Assembly: GCA_022560555.1 (NCBI GenBank) | Contig: JADFSZ010000088.1 | Location: 1 to 7,137 of the forward strand | Direction: 5' to 3' | Length of the DNA stretch: 7,137 nucleotides | Source: PVC group bacterium | GTDB lineage: Bacteria > GCA-001730085 > JADFSZ01 | In this document: piece by piece, positions 5,592 through 7,137 of the stretch | Layout of the letters: every line of letters starts with the position of its first letter | Numbering within the stretch: position 1 is the first letter of the stretch | Translations under genes and position numbers: made by a program | The notes under the pieces: model-generated | Database searches by the model: none | Told to the model about the DNA's origin: nothing | What the model saw: the letters and a program-made list of their open reading frames with translations, nothing else

Positions 5592-7137
5592 ATGGTCGAA
5601 AAAATCAATAAGGGAAGTTCCGTTATTCGTGTCCTCGCGCGCATTGTAGCGCAATATCCCCGGGACGAAAAAATCCTTATCACGCCCGGTTTTCAGATCG
5701 GATCTCAAATTTTAGAGGAACTCACACGATCAGGTACACCGTGGATGAATTTCCGGTCCATGACGATGTACGCGCTCGCGCGTCAATCAGCCGAACTTGT
5801 ATCAGGCGAAGTCCTCACCGAAGTCGGGATGAAAACGATCCTCGACACCGTCTTGACTCAGCTCGATCAAACCAAAAAACTCAAATATTTTCAGAAACGT
5901 TCCATCAACAAAGGTATGATCGATCATCTCGCTGACACCATCAGAGAACTCAAAACATTAGGAATCCAACCCGACTATCTCAGCCCCAAACATTTTGTGG
6001 ATGTTCGTAAAGCCGCGGATCTAAAACACATCTATACCGCATACCAAATCATTCTTAACAACAAAAATCTTTTGGACAGCGCGGATATTTGGATCATGGC
6101 CCTTAAAAACAGTCTAAAACAAAAAAAACGTCCAAAAGTCAAATATATCATTTTGGCCGGCTGTTACGCGAACGTGACACAAAAAGATTTCATTAAGGCG
6201 CTGGCTGGTGCGGACCTGATCGTGATCGAGGAAGAGCCGGTCGAAGGTCTTATTCCGCCTAAAAGCATCTGGGCGCATACCAAAGACCATGATTATCCCG
6301 CGCCTGAAACAGATATCGAGCGCCTGCGCTGGGTGTTCGATTGCGAACAAGCGCCGAAACCTTTTGGTGACGATTCCATCGAACTCTTTCGCGCCGCAGG
6401 CAGCCGAAACGAAATCAGCGAAGTCATGCGGCGCATTGCCGCCGAAAATCTTCCGGCCGATCAAGTCGAAATCATCTATACCGATGCACATAATTATGTG
6501 AGCGCAATCCACGCCTTTTCAGAGCGTGTCGGTATCCCCGTGACATTTGCCGATGGCTTGCCTTCGTATTTCAGCACGCCGGGACGTGTTCTTGCCGGGA
6601 TCCTCATGTGGATCCAAGAAGATTTTAGTGAAATATATTTGAGACGACTTTTGAAAAGCGGAGATCTCTTTCTTGATACCTATGGTGACTCTGTGGACCG
6701 AGCGGATCTGGCTTATCTGCTTCGTACCTCCGGTGTTGGTTGGGGCAGGGATCGATACGACCGTATTCTAAAACAACGCGCCGAAGCGGCTCGAAAAAAA
6801 AGCGACTTAGCCAAAAAAGAGAACGAACCAGTCAAAGCCGATCTAAGCACTCAGGAAGCTGAGGCTGTCGAAACCCTTCACCGGATTTGTATGGATCTGT
6901 TTTCATTTATTCCGGATCAGGACGATAAGGGACAGATTGATTTTGCGAAATTATGTGTTGGGTGTGTAGACATCATCCTGAAATTTGTTCGTATTCGGGA
7001 TGAGAGGGATAATGTTTTTGCTAAAGCCGCGACAGATATTTTTAACATGCTCTCCCGGATTGCCAAAGAAAAGATGCCCGTTACCGAAGCCATCGATAAA
7101 CTTCTTCGGGTCATAACAAGGAACCGATATGGCGACA
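5592..7137 (+). CDS. AddB/RexB-like helicase-nuclease subunit (UvrD/AddAB superfamily), N-terminal 515 aa, 3'-truncated by the window edge
   Basis: I translated frame 3 by hand from the ATG at 5592 (MVEKINKGSSVIRVLARIVAQYPRDEKILITPGF...) to the end of the window with no stop. The track omits it because it has no stop. The segment ELFRAAGSRNEISEVMRRIAAENLPADQVEIIYTDAHNYVSAIHAFSERVGIPVTFADGLP...TPGRVLAGIL follows the pattern of Bacillus AddB (TVMQAANRRAELEGIAREI...KDVAILARQPEDYKDMVKEVFADYEIPYFIDGK...HPLIEFI). Likewise YIILAGCYANVTQKDFIKAL aligns with IYVDGFYQFTPQEF. There is no GK[ST] Walker A anywhere in the 515 aa. The nuclease/Fe-S C-terminus would lie outside the window. Confidence 0.65.
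   Translation, partial: MVEKINKGSSVIRVLARIVAQYPRDEKILITPGFQIGSQILEELTRSGTPWMNFRSMTMYALARQSAELVSGEVLTEVGMKTILDTVLTQLDQTKKLKYFQKRSINKGMIDHLADTIRELKTLGIQPDYLSPKHFVDVRKAADLKHIYTAYQIILNNKNLLDSADIWIMALKNSLKQKKRPKVKYIILAGCYANVTQKDFIKALAGADLIVIEEEPVEGLIPPKSIWAHTKDHDYPAPETDIERLRWVFDCEQAPKPFGDDSIELFRAAGSRNEISEVMRRIAAENLPADQVEIIYTDAHNYVSAIHAFSERVGIPVTFADGLPSYFSTPGRVLAGILMWIQEDFSEIYLRRLLKSGDLFLDTYGDSVDRADLAYLLRTSGVGWGRDRYDRILKQRAEAARKKSDLAKKENEPVKADLSTQEAEAVETLHRICMDLFSFIPDQDDKGQIDFAKLCVGCVDIILKFVRIRDERDNVFAKAATDIFNMLSRIAKEKMPVTEAIDKLLRVITRNRYGD

Noticed and set aside
6121-6801. A8 homopolymer tracts inside the AddB-like CDS (6121-6128 and 6794-6801) as possible phase-variation sites
   Set aside because: Both simply encode Lys-rich patches (QKKRPK, RKKSD) in an A-rich codon background. 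The length is marginal for slippage-based switching, and there is no evidence of frameshifted alleles here.
5741-7114. Track ORFs 5741..5935(+), 6114..6512(-), 6289..6501(+) and 6917..7114(-)
   Set aside because: All fall inside, and out of frame with or antisense to, the 515-codon AddB-like frame that runs stop-free from 5592 to the window end. Their sequences are R/S-rich and uninformative.
1-7137. Search for CRISPR repeats, tRNA/rRNA, IS or transposon ends, integrase or toxin-antitoxin pairs, or a defence-island signature
   Set aside because: I could see no periodic repeat-spacer structure, cloverleaf-like segment, terminal inverted repeats or recombinase-like ORF. Gene content is housekeeping, so I do not claim a novel multi-gene system in this window.

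Overview
This 7.1 kb bacterial window looks like an ordinary proteostasis and DNA-repair neighbourhood, not a mobile or defence island. On the + strand there is a probably 5'-truncated hypothetical protein with a Ser/Thr-rich disordered tail (3..917), then an LpxH-like metallophosphoesterase (926..1600). On the - strand there is an hsp20 (4300..4758) followed by clpB (1590..4214), probably one operon. After a 318 bp AT-rich divergent intergenic region, the + strand carries a small 3-TM membrane protein (5077..5565) and the first 515 codons of an AddB/RexB-like subunit (5592..7137). That last ORF runs off the window and is missing from the supplied ORF track. I see no rRNA, tRNA, CRISPR array, transposase or integrase, and I cannot support a claim of a novel multi-gene system. 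The most interesting signal is regulatory. Upstream of hsp20 there is a near-consensus sigma54 -24/-12 element (TGGCAC-N5-TTGCA), an IHF-consensus match about 25 bp further upstream, and a 15 bp near-palindrome about 100 bp upstream of the inferred transcription start. No CIRCE, HAIR or CtsR-type operator is recognisable. This suggests enhancer-dependent (bEBP) control of a small-HSP/ClpB operon. Other non-coding oddities are a 2 x 14 bp tandem repeat (four CATG cores in 7 bp phase) between hsp20 and clpB, and a perfect 16 bp palindrome just upstream of the membrane-protein gene. All functional calls come from motif reading by eye; no database search was possible.
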